Origin: a virus | Lineage: Duplodnaviria; Caudoviricetes | Direction: 5' to 3' (one strand) | DNA: 50,489 nt | Virus record (IMG/VR): IMGVR_UViG_3300000101_000024 | Coordinates: 1-50,489 of that record | Part shown: piece by piece, positions 1 to 9,299 of the stretch | Layout of the letters: every line of letters begins with the position of its first letter | Numbering within the stretch: position 1 is the stretch's first letter | Position numbers and translations under genes: made by a program | Notes under the pieces: model-generated | The model's database searches: none | Seen by the model: only the letters and a program-made list of their open reading frames with translations | Told to the model about the DNA's origin: nothing

Positions 1-757
1 AAACAAAATCAGGACTAAAGCCTACGCCATCAACGTTCATAGCTTGTGTATTACCTGTGTACAACACAGTGTTAAACCCTGTGGCTTGAGTGGTAGGAGT
101 CATCGGCAAGTAGAAACCATTCGTGCCGTATGTGCCTGTGTAATTTTTAGGCTTCCAAGTACCGTTGGCATCGTACTCACCGAAGTCATCAGCAGTTAAT
201 TGCTGACCGTCTATCATCTGTACCTCGGTTAAGTAACCATCCAAATACTGAGCATTTAACCGAGCGAAAACTCCGATTTCTTGAGTTACGTTATTGTTTA
301 CGGCTGTATCAGTGTTTTGAGCAAGATCATTACTTATGTTAAATGAAGTAATTTGTGCTCCGTTTACATAAACTTTAGTTCTGTTTGATGCTGTGCCTTG
401 TGTTGTATCAAAGGCTACTACTACATGATGCCATGCTGACGGATCACGATAGAGAGCATTGGTAAATCTGATGTTAGTGCTCCCTGTTTGTATAGCTAAT
501 GAGTCTGGGTAATTGTTGTCATACTTTATGACTAGCTCTCCTGTATCGCTTGCAGATGTGCCTGCTGAAAATACAGTAAATCCTGTGCTTCCTAGTGCGC
601 CTCGCTTTGCCCACCAGCTAAGAGTCCAAGTCCTTCTGTTGCCTGCACTCAATGGCGTTCTAGCTAAATAAGCACTGGCAGAACTACGCAGTCTCAGACT
701 ATCTGTGATCTCATAGTCATCACCAGAAGACCCAAAACCTGCTTGAAGTAAACTCAT
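1..757 (-). CDS. Tail fibre/receptor-binding protein with LamG/ConA-like domain, N-terminal part (runs off window start)
   Basis: Not in ORF track; ATG at 757 overlaps upstream TGA; manual translation MSLLQAGFGSSGDDYEITDSLRLRSSASAYLARTP...RRTWTLSWW...FNTVLYTGN...GVGFSPDFV. Confidence 0.8.
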   Translation of the reverse strand, partial: MSLLQAGFGSSGDDYEITDSLRLRSSASAYLARTPLSAGNRRTWTLSWWAKRGALGSTGFTVFSAGTSASDTGELVIKYDNNYPDSLAIQTGSTNIRFTNALYRDPSAWHHVVVAFDTTQGTASNRTKVYVNGAQITSFNISNDLAQNTDTAVNNNVTQEIGVFARLNAQYLDGYLTEVQMIDGQQLTADDFGEYDANGTWKPKNYTGTYGTNGFYLPMTPTTQATGFNTVLYTGNTQAMNVDGVGFSPDFV

Positions 758-1917
758 CCAAAGCTCCTGCTCACAGATACATAAGCATTAGTTCCGTTAT
801 CAAAGTAACTTAACGTGTAAGTGCCTGCGACTGATATTGCTGTCAGGTCTGTTGCGTTGATTTTAGTGTTAGCGTGAGCAGAGATAGCATGACCACCAGA
901 GTTAATTAAAAGTATGAACCCACTCTGTCCTGCGGTGTGATTGGTAAAGGTTAATGCCCCTGCACCACTCGGTGTGCATTGAAAGTTGTTTGTGACGTTT
1001 AGGTCAAACGATAGATCGTTGTCTGTGGTGACCGTTCCTCTGAATGGAGCAGTCAAGGTGTCAGCTGTATCAGCTTTCAGGATATCCGCGTCAAATGCCT
1101 CTACATTGGTTCCGATAACCAAACCAAGGTTTGTCCTAGCGTCTGCTGCGCTTGAGGCTCCTGTGCCTCCCTCAGCCACAGCTAGGTCTGTTGTAAGAGT
1201 GAGAGCTCCTGTGATTGCAACTCCGGTGTTTGATGTGGCGAGTTTAGCAGAGTTATCATAATACAAAGTTACTGCGCCATCTGCAGTAGCAACAACCATA
1301 GACTCTGTGCCAGCACCTTTTGTTAAATTTATGCTAGCTCCGTTGGTTCCTATTATAAGGTTGCCAGTTCCAGCTTCATTAACATAACTATTGCTGCCAT
1401 CATGATAAATTTGCAGATCATCAGCTGTGCCAAAATTCGCTTTGACATTGTCGTTGAAATCCAAATCCCCAGTCATCGTGCCACCTGTGGTGCTGAGCAA
1501 AGCAACTTCTGCGACTGCTGCGCCAGCACCTGCACCATCTGTGTAAATTAATTTCGTTGCTCCTGTGCCAATTGTAACATTAGCCCCAGAACCTTGGGAT
1601 ATCGTTATTGATTGGCTACCAGTTGTTGCATTTTCCACTACCCAAACTTTGCTGACTGTGTTAGGAGCAAGAGTTACAACTCTTGTAGTTGTTAAATCTG
1701 CACTGGAGGTTATTTTAAGATAGAGAGCACGAACACCATCAGAAGTAGCATCAGCCATAGTTATGGTGGTGTCTGCATTTCCGATAGCTTCTGTGCCGTA
1801 ACCTAGTGCCTCACCAATTAACTCTAAGTTACTATTGGTGATTGTGCCCCAAGTCCCGGATTTTTCTCCGGTGGCCATCTCCTCCAATCGGAGGTTGTTA
1901 ACGTATGAACTAGCCAT
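754..1917 (-). CDS. Tail fibre protein
   Basis: Gly/Thr/Ala-rich; N-terminal GEKSGTWGTITNSNL anchor, FGTADDLQIYHDG and GGTGASSAADARTNLG fibre motifs. Confidence 0.8.
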   Translation of the reverse strand: MASSYVNNLRLEEMATGEKSGTWGTITNSNLELIGEALGYGTEAIGNADTTITMADATSDGVRALYLKITSSADLTTTRVVTLAPNTVSKVWVVENATTGSQSITISQGSGANVTIGTGATKLIYTDGAGAGAAVAEVALLSTTGGTMTGDLDFNDNVKANFGTADDLQIYHDGSNSYVNEAGTGNLIIGTNGASINLTKGAGTESMVVATADGAVTLYYDNSAKLATSNTGVAITGALTLTTDLAVAEGGTGASSAADARTNLGLVIGTNVEAFDADILKADTADTLTAPFRGTVTTDNDLSFDLNVTNNFQCTPSGAGALTFTNHTAGQSGFILLINSGGHAISAHANTKINATDLTAISVAGTYTLSYFDNGTNAYVSVSRSFG

Positions 1918-1931
1918 TTACTAATTCTCCT

Positions 1932-2351
1932 TTAAGCTATTCTTATTATAGCGTTTGCACCTGCGGCAGGAAACACAATTCTGAAAGTTCCTGAAGAAAC
2001 TGTGAAATCTCCTCCGAAATCTAAAACAGCAATCGCTTTATCAGAGTTTGTATCATTATAAATCAAAGCACCTCTGGCAGTGAAAGAAGCTGAAGTCCAC
2101 TCAGGATCATCAGAATCAAAATAAGCAGTTGTTCCAGAGGTCGACACGACTTTATTTGCAAGAGTGTTCCCTCCAGTTGTGTATCCATTGCCGTTTGCAA
2201 CTTCATTTGAAGTTGTATAAGCAGTTGTTGCTGCCCCTAAAGATGCTGAACTTGTATAAAGTGCTATTTTAATTGTATCTGCAACTAAATCATGCTGTTC
2301 ATCAAGACATTCAGCTTTGAATGATGTGCACATTGCTTGTGATATTGCCAT
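1932..2351 (-). CDS. Virion tail structural protein
   Basis: CTSFK...KIALYT...GYTTGG...ARGALIYN...VLDFG pattern typical of marine phage tail proteins; context. Confidence 0.7.
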   Translation of the reverse strand: MAISQAMCTSFKAECLDEQHDLVADTIKIALYTSSASLGAATTAYTTSNEVANGNGYTTGGNTLANKVVSTSGTTAYFDSDDPEWTSASFTARGALIYNDTNSDKAIAVLDFGGDFTVSSGTFRIVFPAAGANAIIRIA

Positions 2352-2975
2352 TTAAATACCTCCGTTGTATTCTGAAATGTAATTTCTGTTCATTTCCTGT
2401 TGGAAAAGGGTGATTGCCTCGTCAAATTGAGCCTTGTACAAGTTTAACGTTTCTGCTGCTTTAAGAAAAGCAGAAGTTTCCATTAAACAAGCAGGAAGCA
2501 GAACTGCCTCTGCATTATCACCAATCCAGCTGTTAGCATTAGTTGAAGAAAGTCCAGCTTCTGGAGCTATATAATCAACTTCATAAGCAAAAGTTGCATT
2601 AGGAGTTGGTGCCACTGTTAAAACTATTCCGCTTGTTGTGGCTTTGTCTGTTGAATAAACTCTAGGAACTCCTGTTGTTGATGAATTTGGCCAATAATCT
2701 TTTAAATAAGAGTCAATCCTGTGGTCTAAATACACAACATTGTTGCTGTTGGTTATTTGAATCTGCCGAATCATCCTAGCATCAGCAACTGTGTATTCCG
2801 AAGTTCCTATGACCATATTGGCTGTGGCTGAAGTTCTATAACAAGGCAGATTAGGAAGCCTTTGGAATATCATCGCTTCAGCTTGATCTATAATTTGGTC
2901 TATTGATGCACTTAATTCAGAAGAATCATCTTCCATAAAATTTTGTATATTCGATACCAAAGTTGTATAATTCAT
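2352..2975 (-). CDS. Tail adaptor / tubular protein A-like
   Basis: MNYTTL...IQNF...I.QAE..I, G.PRVY, VAPTP motifs; position in tail module. Confidence 0.65.
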   Translation of the reverse strand: MNYTTLVSNIQNFMEDDSSELSASIDQIIDQAEAMIFQRLPNLPCYRTSATANMVIGTSEYTVADARMIRQIQITNSNNVVYLDHRIDSYLKDYWPNSSTTGVPRVYSTDKATTSGIVLTVAPTPNATFAYEVDYIAPEAGLSSTNANSWIGDNAEAVLLPACLMETSAFLKAAETLNLYKAQFDEAITLFQQEMNRNYISEYNGGI

Positions 2976-3806
2976 TTATTCACCCCATGCAGCTGTAGAC
3001 CAAGCATCTTCACCCCAACCTTGGGCGACTTGTATGCTCACACTTCCTATCGCTCCTGTGCCTGCTAATCCAGTCTCAATCACAGCGATCTCTGAAATTT
3101 CATTCCCTGTTGTTCCTGTGCTTCCAACTCCTGCGTTGCCTGAAACAGAGGTTTGTACGTTACCATCACCCTCTTCTGTGACAGGAGCGACAACACCTGT
3201 TGCTTCCACTCCCGTCTCAACAATTATTAACTCAACAGTTTCTGTTCCTATTGCTCCTGTTGCTTCTACGCCTGTCTCAACAATGCCAGCTTCAGGAGTT
3301 TCTGTGCCTATCTCGCCTGTGCCTGCAACGCCTGTCTCAACAATGCCAGCTTCAGGAACTTCTGTTCCTGTCTCGCCTGTGCCTGCAACGCCTGATACGT
3401 TGGCATCTAATGTTATAAATAATGTAAAGACACCAATTATTCCAGTTGCTGTTGCAGAAGAAGCAGTGACGCTCGAATCAACACCAACAACAGCAGACCC
3501 AATAAAACCAGTCGCAGGAACTCCAACAGGAGGTCTTTGTTGTGCTGGTATAAACGGATCAAAAGAATAACCAATAGGGACATCTACATTCTCAGGATCT
3601 GTGTTGGGTCTGGGTTTAAAAAGTGCAGTTGCATCTATTACATTTTTTGCTGGCGTAAGCTGAGGATGTTTTGGGTCATACTCTTCTGGCTCAACTCGGA
3701 ATCCTTCCCAAGTTGTTTGCAGATCTTTGTATGGAACCTGAAAGCCAGAAACATCACTTATTGCTTGTGACTTTTTTCCTTTTGCTTTACGCGCAGTTGA
3801 TGCCAT
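2976..3806 (-). CDS. Virion protein with 20-aa GVxxTG repeats and C-terminal WG motifs
   Basis: ORF track; repeats GVAGTGE.GTE.PEAGIVET; ends GWGEDAWSTAAWGE. Confidence 0.7.
   Translation of the reverse strand: MASTARKAKGKKSQAISDVSGFQVPYKDLQTTWEGFRVEPEEYDPKHPQLTPAKNVIDATALFKPRPNTDPENVDVPIGYSFDPFIPAQQRPPVGVPATGFIGSAVVGVDSSVTASSATATGIIGVFTLFITLDANVSGVAGTGETGTEVPEAGIVETGVAGTGEIGTETPEAGIVETGVEATGAIGTETVELIIVETGVEATGVVAPVTEEGDGNVQTSVSGNAGVGSTGTTGNEISEIAVIETGLAGTGAIGSVSIQVAQGWGEDAWSTAAWGE
3196..3394. repeat. 60-bp tandem repeat (~3 copies) in coding sequence
   Basis: Sequence at 3241, 3301 and 3361 aligns at period 60 (cgcctgtctcaacaatgccagcttcagga twice). Confidence 0.9.
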
Positions 3807-3807
3807 A

Positions 3808-4488
3808 TCAGTATAAATTCATCCCTGTAGGTCTGACTCTTAATGTAACACCATCATTGTCTGTGTCTGATGCATACTCAAATGATTGTTCATATGCTTG
3901 TGCAAGTACCGCGAAACGTTCTGGTTGATATTTCAAAGCCAGCTTGCTTGCCAGTCCTGCGCATATACAATCCGACCACCGATAAGGAATATCAGCATCT
4001 TGATTGCTAGCATTAACATCTTCCAATTGATTGATTGACCAATAAACAAGGCTGTAATCATTGCTGTCTGGGACTTGCCACATGTACATTACAGGAGTGT
4101 ACTGTTTGTCTAGCATGTATTGAGTTGGCTTGCCAGAAGAGCTTTTGTCTGGAAGCTGATTGTAATCAGCAATACTTATGCGTTCTACAACTGTATCTGT
4201 TGTTGTGCCTCCTGTTGTTTGACGAACAACAACGTCTATTAAATCTATCGTTCCAGCAGGAAGAGTGTAGGTGGTTGTTCCATTAACCAAAGCCAATGTG
4301 TTGTTCTGAACTGCCCAATAATTTATTCCTCTATTAGACCACTCGCTAAAAAGCAAATTAAGACTTCTGCGAGCTGCAAGAGACTGATAGCCTGTTAAAG
4401 ACTGAGCATCCATGCCGCATCGTTCAAATGCCTCTGCTATAATTTCTTCAATATCTGGTTGAAAAGCGACTGTATTTGAAGTTGCCAT
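3808..4488 (-). CDS. Head-tail adaptor/connector protein
   Basis: IIAEAFERCG...ARRSLNLLFSEW.NRG.N.W and K...GKPTQY motifs. Confidence 0.7.
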   Translation of the reverse strand: MATSNTVAFQPDIEEIIAEAFERCGMDAQSLTGYQSLAARRSLNLLFSEWSNRGINYWAVQNNTLALVNGTTTYTLPAGTIDLIDVVVRQTTGGTTTDTVVERISIADYNQLPDKSSSGKPTQYMLDKQYTPVMYMWQVPDSNDYSLVYWSINQLEDVNASNQDADIPYRWSDCICAGLASKLALKYQPERFAVLAQAYEQSFEYASDTDNDGVTLRVRPTGMNLY

Positions 4489-4533
4489 AAAATCTCCTAA
4501 GAGAAAGATCGAGCGAACAAGTCGCTCTTTCTT

Positions 4534-4947
4534 TTAATACTCTTTTACAACCCTTAACACGACCTGATAAGAATCTCCGACAGCACCTGAGCCATCTGTT
4601 GAGAATTTTATATCTCCTGTTGGGTTTGTGCCATAAGACTTAGTTGAAGGTAAACCGCCGAATTTTGTAAAATCATGATAGCCAATATCATCATCACCAA
4701 TATTCATCATGATAATATTAACATCAGCAGCAGCAAGTATCCTGACAGTCATGCTTTTTATAACCCACCAACCCTCAATGATTCTGACTCCAACACAAGG
4801 CTCACCATCTGAGCTAGGCGAAAGAGCAGAAACATCAATTTTGGTGACTGCGCTCTCATTTCCTGTATCTACAAATTGATACTGAAAAGCGAACACAGCC
4901 TCCCGAGGATTGTCGGCTATCGTAGTTGTGCTTACGATATCAGCCAT
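4534..4947 (-). CDS. Putative virion structural protein
   Basis: Beta-rich; ESAVTKIDVSAL and TGDIKFST motifs; downstream of capsid gene. Confidence 0.55.
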   Translation of the reverse strand: MADIVSTTTIADNPREAVFAFQYQFVDTGNESAVTKIDVSALSPSSDGEPCVGVRIIEGWWVIKSMTVRILAAADVNIIMMNIGDDDIGYHDFTKFGGLPSTKSYGTNPTGDIKFSTDGSGAVGDSYQVVLRVVKEY

Positions 4948-4957
4948 CTAATCCCCC

Positions 4958-5482
4958 TTATGAGCTACTACCATCAGTCCCGAATGATGGGTCGTATACA
5001 TGGTAGTGAATGCGGAATGTTAAACTGCCGCCTGTTGCAGCTGCAGCACCTACGCCACCAGTAATTTTTACTGGGTAACTTGTACTCATCACGAAACCAA
5101 ATTCGTCACCGACTGTGGCAGTAGCAAAATTGAATACTGTATGTCCTGCATCAGCATCACCATTATCAATGATTCCATCAGTATCTGATGCTGGAGAGTC
5201 GCTTTTGACTTCAATCCAACCCAGATCAAATGTAGGATTTGTACCACCTGTGGCATCAGCCTCAGCTTCAATGTTAGTTATTATCGCGTTTTTAGGAAGT
5301 ATTAATGCAAGCGCAGAGTTTCCTGTTGCAGCTGATCCTCTTCGGAGAACTGTTGTGGTTGCTGCTGTTGGGTCTGCCATGTGTGCTGTTGCAACAAGAC
5401 TTACTGCTCCTGCTACTTCTGGATTGCTGGTCTGTTGAGCTTTTCCTACTCTTACTGGACCTGAGAAAGTTGTTCTAGCCAT
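4958..5482 (-). CDS. Putative minor capsid/decoration protein
   Basis: MARTTFSGPV N-terminus, commonly found directly after the capsid gene in such phages. Confidence 0.55.
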   Translation of the reverse strand: MARTTFSGPVRVGKAQQTSNPEVAGAVSLVATAHMADPTAATTTVLRRGSAATGNSALALILPKNAIITNIEAEADATGGTNPTFDLGWIEVKSDSPASDTDGIIDNGDADAGHTVFNFATATVGDEFGFVMSTSYPVKITGGVGAAAATGGSLTFRIHYHVYDPSFGTDGSSS

Positions 5483-5534
5483 GATATTTTCCTGTCTTTT
5501 TTAATGCCTGCCTAAGCAGTCAGGATTTAAGAAT

Positions 5535-5555
5535 GGGGAGAGCTAGGCTCTCCCC
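5535..5555 (-). terminator. GC hairpin after capsid gene (weak terminator or mRNA stabiliser)
   Basis: GGGGAGAGC-TAG-GCTCTCCCC 9-bp stem; only a poor U-tract. Confidence 0.55.
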
Positions 5556-5569
5556 CTAACACTTGTGGA

Positions 5570-6478
5570 TTAAGCTCCTTCGGAACCGAACACACCACGC
5601 CAGTCAGTAAACCCGAACGAATATCGCTCGCGTACTTTATAGCGGACATTGCCAGTTTCAAAATCGCCTTCCATGCCCTTCTTAAGCGGTGAACGCTGGA
5701 AGTGCTTAAGACCATCAGGAACATCCGTCACTAGGAAGAATGCATCTGAATCGGTCAAACGACGCATAACATGATAACCTTGAGGTAGATAACCACCATG
5801 CCGGATCGCGTTAATGTCGTTGTCAGCTGTTCCAGTTCTTAACTGAGACTCAAGCAATCGCTCTGCAACAAAACTGTAAGCAGTTGGGATAACCAACATT
5901 TGCCCTTGTGCTGCAATTCTCAAACCACGATCATCTTTCATATCAGCGATTTGGATAAGCATTTGCTCCAAAGAAGTCTCTGAAAGGTCTGCTGCAGTTG
6001 CTAATGTGTTTGACTGATTGCCATTCCTAGTCGGATGGTTAGTCGCGCACAAAGTAACTCCATCCCCACCAGTTACACCTGAACCTGCAAAAGCATTGTT
6101 CAAAACATTAGCAGCTTTGATTTCCTTTGTGGAAGCCATTGAGCGTGCTAGTGCTTTTGTGTAACGAGAAGCGATCGAACCATAAAGACCATCCTCTTCA
6201 GCTTCTTCAGTAATACTGAAAGCCAAAGCAATCGTCTCATGCTGGTAACGTGCAGTCCACTGTTGAGATGCGGCATCGTAAGATACTGCAGACCCTTCAG
6301 CTTTTACTGGTGCATTACCAAAGCCTTCCAACAGAACATCTTCTTCAAATGCTTTTTGAGAAGAGCTTGTTGAGAAAACTGAATTCCACTCAGGTGGATA
6401 ACTATCGTACTCTAAGCCAAAGAGGGTGTTTAGTCCTGGCTCGAGCATTTTCGCAAATTGCGCTCTATTCATTGCCAT
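5570..6478 (-). CDS. Major capsid protein
   Basis: MAMNRAQFAKMLEPGLNTLFGLEY...ITEEAEED.LY...RERYSFG.TDWRG.FGS; 302 aa after scaffold region. Confidence 0.9.
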   Translation of the reverse strand: MAMNRAQFAKMLEPGLNTLFGLEYDSYPPEWNSVFSTSSSQKAFEEDVLLEGFGNAPVKAEGSAVSYDAASQQWTARYQHETIALAFSITEEAEEDGLYGSIASRYTKALARSMASTKEIKAANVLNNAFAGSGVTGGDGVTLCATNHPTRNGNQSNTLATAADLSETSLEQMLIQIADMKDDRGLRIAAQGQMLVIPTAYSFVAERLLESQLRTGTADNDINAIRHGGYLPQGYHVMRRLTDSDAFFLVTDVPDGLKHFQRSPLKKGMEGDFETGNVRYKVRERYSFGFTDWRGVFGSEGA

Positions 6479-6492
6479 TTTTTAAATCCTCC

Positions 6493-7044
6493 TTAGATTC
6501 CGGCTGTCTGCTTCAAGACATGCTCATTAATGAGCACTTCCATAACAGCATTGGCGCCAAAACTATTTTCCGGTGCATCATAAAGTGCAACGATTTTAGT
6601 TTGAGCTGTGCCAGCTGCCATAGTTCCTGAAATTTCAAAACCAGACGTTCCTGTTGTTGTAGAACCTGCACCAGCTACAATATCAGCACAGTTGCCGATG
6701 TTTGTTTGGGCAGTAGTTCCTGCGGACTGTGCCTTGTAAACAATATACGGATCATCATACACATAAGCGATGATGTCTGTTGCTACTGTTCCTGTTGGCC
6801 AGTATTCACTGTAAATATAAGAGCCATCACTTGCAGTGTATGAACATCCTCCAAATACACCAATAATATTTACTTCAGTTGCTGCTGCAGGCTGAAGAGT
6901 TCCATCGGCAGCCATAATAACAGCGTCACCAGTGAAAATATTCTCTGCAAGTCCAGAAGTAATAGTGTATTTGTTTGAACGAGGTGCATTACCGCTCATG
7001 TGGCGAAGTGGGACGAACCCAAAGGCTGCATCTGCATTTGCCAT
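6493..7044 (-). CDS. Capsid decoration/cement-like protein
   Basis: MANADAAFGF.P, IFTGD.V, GVF.GC.Y, V.DDP motifs; upstream of capsid gene. Confidence 0.6.
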   Translation of the reverse strand: MANADAAFGFVPLRHMSGNAPRSNKYTITSGLAENIFTGDAVIMAADGTLQPAAATEVNIIGVFGGCSYTASDGSYIYSEYWPTGTVATDIIAYVYDDPYIVYKAQSAGTTAQTNIGNCADIVAGAGSTTTGTSGFEISGTMAAGTAQTKIVALYDAPENSFGANAVMEVLINEHVLKQTAGI

Positions 7045-7073
7045 TTTCGCTACTCCTTAAAAAAAATTAGCAG

Positions 7074-7559
7074 TTAATCGTCAGCCATGACATTAATGTC
7101 GCGACCCCGACTACTTGTTGTTTCCCGATTCTGTTGAATCGGAATGCCCCCAGATCTTGCCATCGCATCAAGTTCTCCAGGAATTGACTGATTCTGCTCT
7201 ACGTTACGATCATGCATGTAATCTTTCATAGATTTAAATCTGTCTCGTGGCATTTCACATAAGATCATGCCTTCAATTCCTATCGATCCTGCCCACTGCC
7301 CATGATTAATAGTTGGGTATCTCTTATCTTTCACAGTATCAGCAGGGCGAGGGTTCCAGCCAGCCCGCATACGTTTGTACACGTTGTCTGGATTTTCCTT
7401 ACCCTGAATCGAGGTAGCTATCCACCGTTGGACCATCCCATCTCTGGGTTCGGGTGCGTCTAACAGTGATGGTGGTTTCCATGCTGTGTCTGGTCTAGCC
7501 TCTTCAGCACGTTTGTTGGAACGAGTCTCTTGTGCACGCACATTTCTTTTTTCAGTCAT
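7074..7559 (-). CDS. Conserved head-module protein
   Basis: WKPPSLLDAP...RWI...GW.P motif; between scaffold and capsid genes. Confidence 0.55.
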   Translation of the reverse strand: MTEKRNVRAQETRSNKRAEEARPDTAWKPPSLLDAPEPRDGMVQRWIATSIQGKENPDNVYKRMRAGWNPRPADTVKDKRYPTINHGQWAGSIGIEGMILCEMPRDRFKSMKDYMHDRNVEQNQSIPGELDAMARSGGIPIQQNRETTSSRGRDINVMADD

Positions 7560-7561
7560 GT

Positions 7562-8458
7562 TTAACTCCTATTTTGCCGACGAACTTCTTCGGCATATAA
7601 TTTAAGGCTTTTCTCGTCTTGAATTCCAAGTTCCCTTGCCATTCTCAACTGATCTTGTGACATTTTGACTCGATTCCCCTTATAAACTCCAGATCCGCCA
7701 GCAGTTGGGGCGACAGGTGCTCTGCTTTTTCCTCTAGGACTTTTAGGTTCTTCTGACCCTGATTTTAACTCGGGAAAGATTTTTTGTAAACGATTATTAA
7801 GTATTTCGTAATATTCTGCAGAATCTTTGTCATAACCTTCAAGATCCAATTGGGCATCTATGCTCCTAGCGAGCTCAGTTTCCCTTTCATATCCTGAGGC
7901 TTTAAACCAACGATTCTTCTCCCACCAGTCCATTGCCCTTTGAGGAGCTGGAGTTTGGACTTGCTGTTGAGCACGACCAACTGTCGGGGAGACTGTTTCT
8001 TGTTGACGCTGCATTTTTTGAAGCTCTGCAATCCTCATAGCAGCTCTCATGTCTGCTATTTGTTCAGTGAATTCAAGCTGTGCATTCGTATCGCCTTCTT
8101 CAACTGATTTTGCGAGTGCTGCTTTGGTCTGCTGATAACGTGTGTTGAAGTCGTTTTCAGCTCGTTGGCTACTACCTTGCTCCAATCGTGCGAGCCTAGA
8201 TTTTAGCTGAGCAACTTCTTCTTGCTGCTCTGCAGTTTGCAACTCTGCTTTCCTTCTTTGTTCAACAAGTTTTTTAATTCTGTTTTGAACTTTTTTACTA
8301 TATTCCTCAGGATCAGCTTTCTGCTCAGGCTCCTCAACAGGCTCCTTTGCTTCTGGCTCTAATTCGATCTCCAAAGATTCTTCAGGCTCTTCACCTGCTT
8401 GTGTTTTGGCTTGCTGGACTTCAGCTTCCAATTCTGCTAAAATATCATCTTGTGACAT
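7562..8458 (-). CDS. Capsid scaffolding protein
   Basis: Acidic N-terminus, coiled coil YSKKVQNRIKKL, W.EKN.WF, C-terminal Q...ARELG. Confidence 0.7.
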   Translation of the reverse strand: MSQDDILAELEAEVQQAKTQAGEEPEESLEIELEPEAKEPVEEPEQKADPEEYSKKVQNRIKKLVEQRRKAELQTAEQQEEVAQLKSRLARLEQGSSQRAENDFNTRYQQTKAALAKSVEEGDTNAQLEFTEQIADMRAAMRIAELQKMQRQQETVSPTVGRAQQQVQTPAPQRAMDWWEKNRWFKASGYERETELARSIDAQLDLEGYDKDSAEYYEILNNRLQKIFPELKSGSEEPKSPRGKSRAPVAPTAGGSGVYKGNRVKMSQDQLRMARELGIQDEKSLKLYAEEVRRQNRS

Positions 8459-8482
8459 GGTTGGCGTCCTCCATGGTTGCGC

Positions 8483-8866
8483 CTATTCGACGTATGAAGT
8501 TATAATGGCATCGTTAGGAAGGATAGATGTTACTTCATCATCATTCAACAACAACATTTTAACTCCGTTAATTACGAGCTTCTGTCCGGCATACTTGCCA
8601 TAAGTAACTCGGCTACCGACATTTGGCCAAGAGCCTTTCCAAGCCTGACCTGAGTCGCGATCTCTGTAAGCCAAATCCCCAATAGACAAAATATGACCAT
8701 GGGCTATAAGATATTGCTCGTTGTCTTGACTTATGTTTGCGAGCAGAATCCCACCTTTGGTTTTTGTTTTGGCTTCGTTAGGTTTGACTAAAACTTTCCA
8801 ACCCATTGGTTTTGGATATTCCTCTGGGCTTAATTCTTTTACTTCTTCTTCATGCTGATGAGACAT
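8483..8866 (-). CDS. groES: Co-chaperonin GroES-like protein
   Basis: PMGWKVLVKP...KTKGGILL...GKYAG...LLNDDEV. Confidence 0.85.
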   Translation of the reverse strand: MSHQHEEEVKELSPEEYPKPMGWKVLVKPNEAKTKTKGGILLANISQDNEQYLIAHGHILSIGDLAYRDRDSGQAWKGSWPNVGSRVTYGKYAGQKLVINGVKMLLLNDDEVTSILPNDAIITSYVE

Positions 8867-8868
8867 GT

Positions 8869-9066
8869 TTATTCATCCTTTTCGTCTAGTTGCTTTAAAG
8901 TTTCGTCAATCAGCTCACAGGCTGTTTCCAGCCCTTCAGCAAAACCGACGTTTCGAGAATACGATTCAAAGTCGCTCATACGACCTTCAACCATATTATT
9001 CGCTATCGCTGTTTTCTCTTTCCTGAGATTGTTTTTGATTAGGCTCAGCAGATCTGTCACTGTCAT
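8869..9066 (-). CDS. Hypothetical protein
   Basis: ORF track; conserved-looking small helical protein upstream of groES. Confidence 0.6.
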   Translation of the reverse strand: MTVTDLLSLIKNNLRKEKTAIANNMVEGRMSDFESYSRNVGFAEGLETACELIDETLKQLDEKDE

Positions 9067-9162
9067 TTTCTTTTAACCCTGTTTCAGTTTGCATTGAAAT
9101 GCCTTTAACAAAAACGTTAACAACGTTTTGCTCTTCCCAAGTGATCTTTTTAGAATCACTCA

Positions 9163-9252
9163 TTAACCGTATGTTCTCTTTTTAGGTCTTCTTGCAGTTC
9201 TTGCAGTTCTTGTCTCTTCCTTTTTCTTCTTCTTCTTCTTTTTCCCGTACAT
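9163..9252 (-). CDS. 29-aa Lys/Arg-rich peptide
   Basis: Manual: MYGKKKKKKKKEETRTARTARRPKKRTYG; strong AAGGAG RBS upstream. Confidence 0.55.
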   Translation of the reverse strand: MYGKKKKKKKKEETRTARTARRPKKRTYG

Positions 9253-9299
9253 GTTTTTGTCTCCTTTTGACATTAATGAAGAAAAAGAGCTTCGGTTGA

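Noticed and set aside
1-757. Diversity-generating retroelement targeting the fibre gene
   Set aside because: No reverse transcriptase or TR/VR pair is visible; the missing segment cannot be assessed
8996-9163. 55-aa minus-strand ORF MSDSKKITWEEQ...
   Set aside because: Coupled to the poly-Lys peptide but overlaps 8869..9066 by 71 bp and has no motif; too uncertain to list
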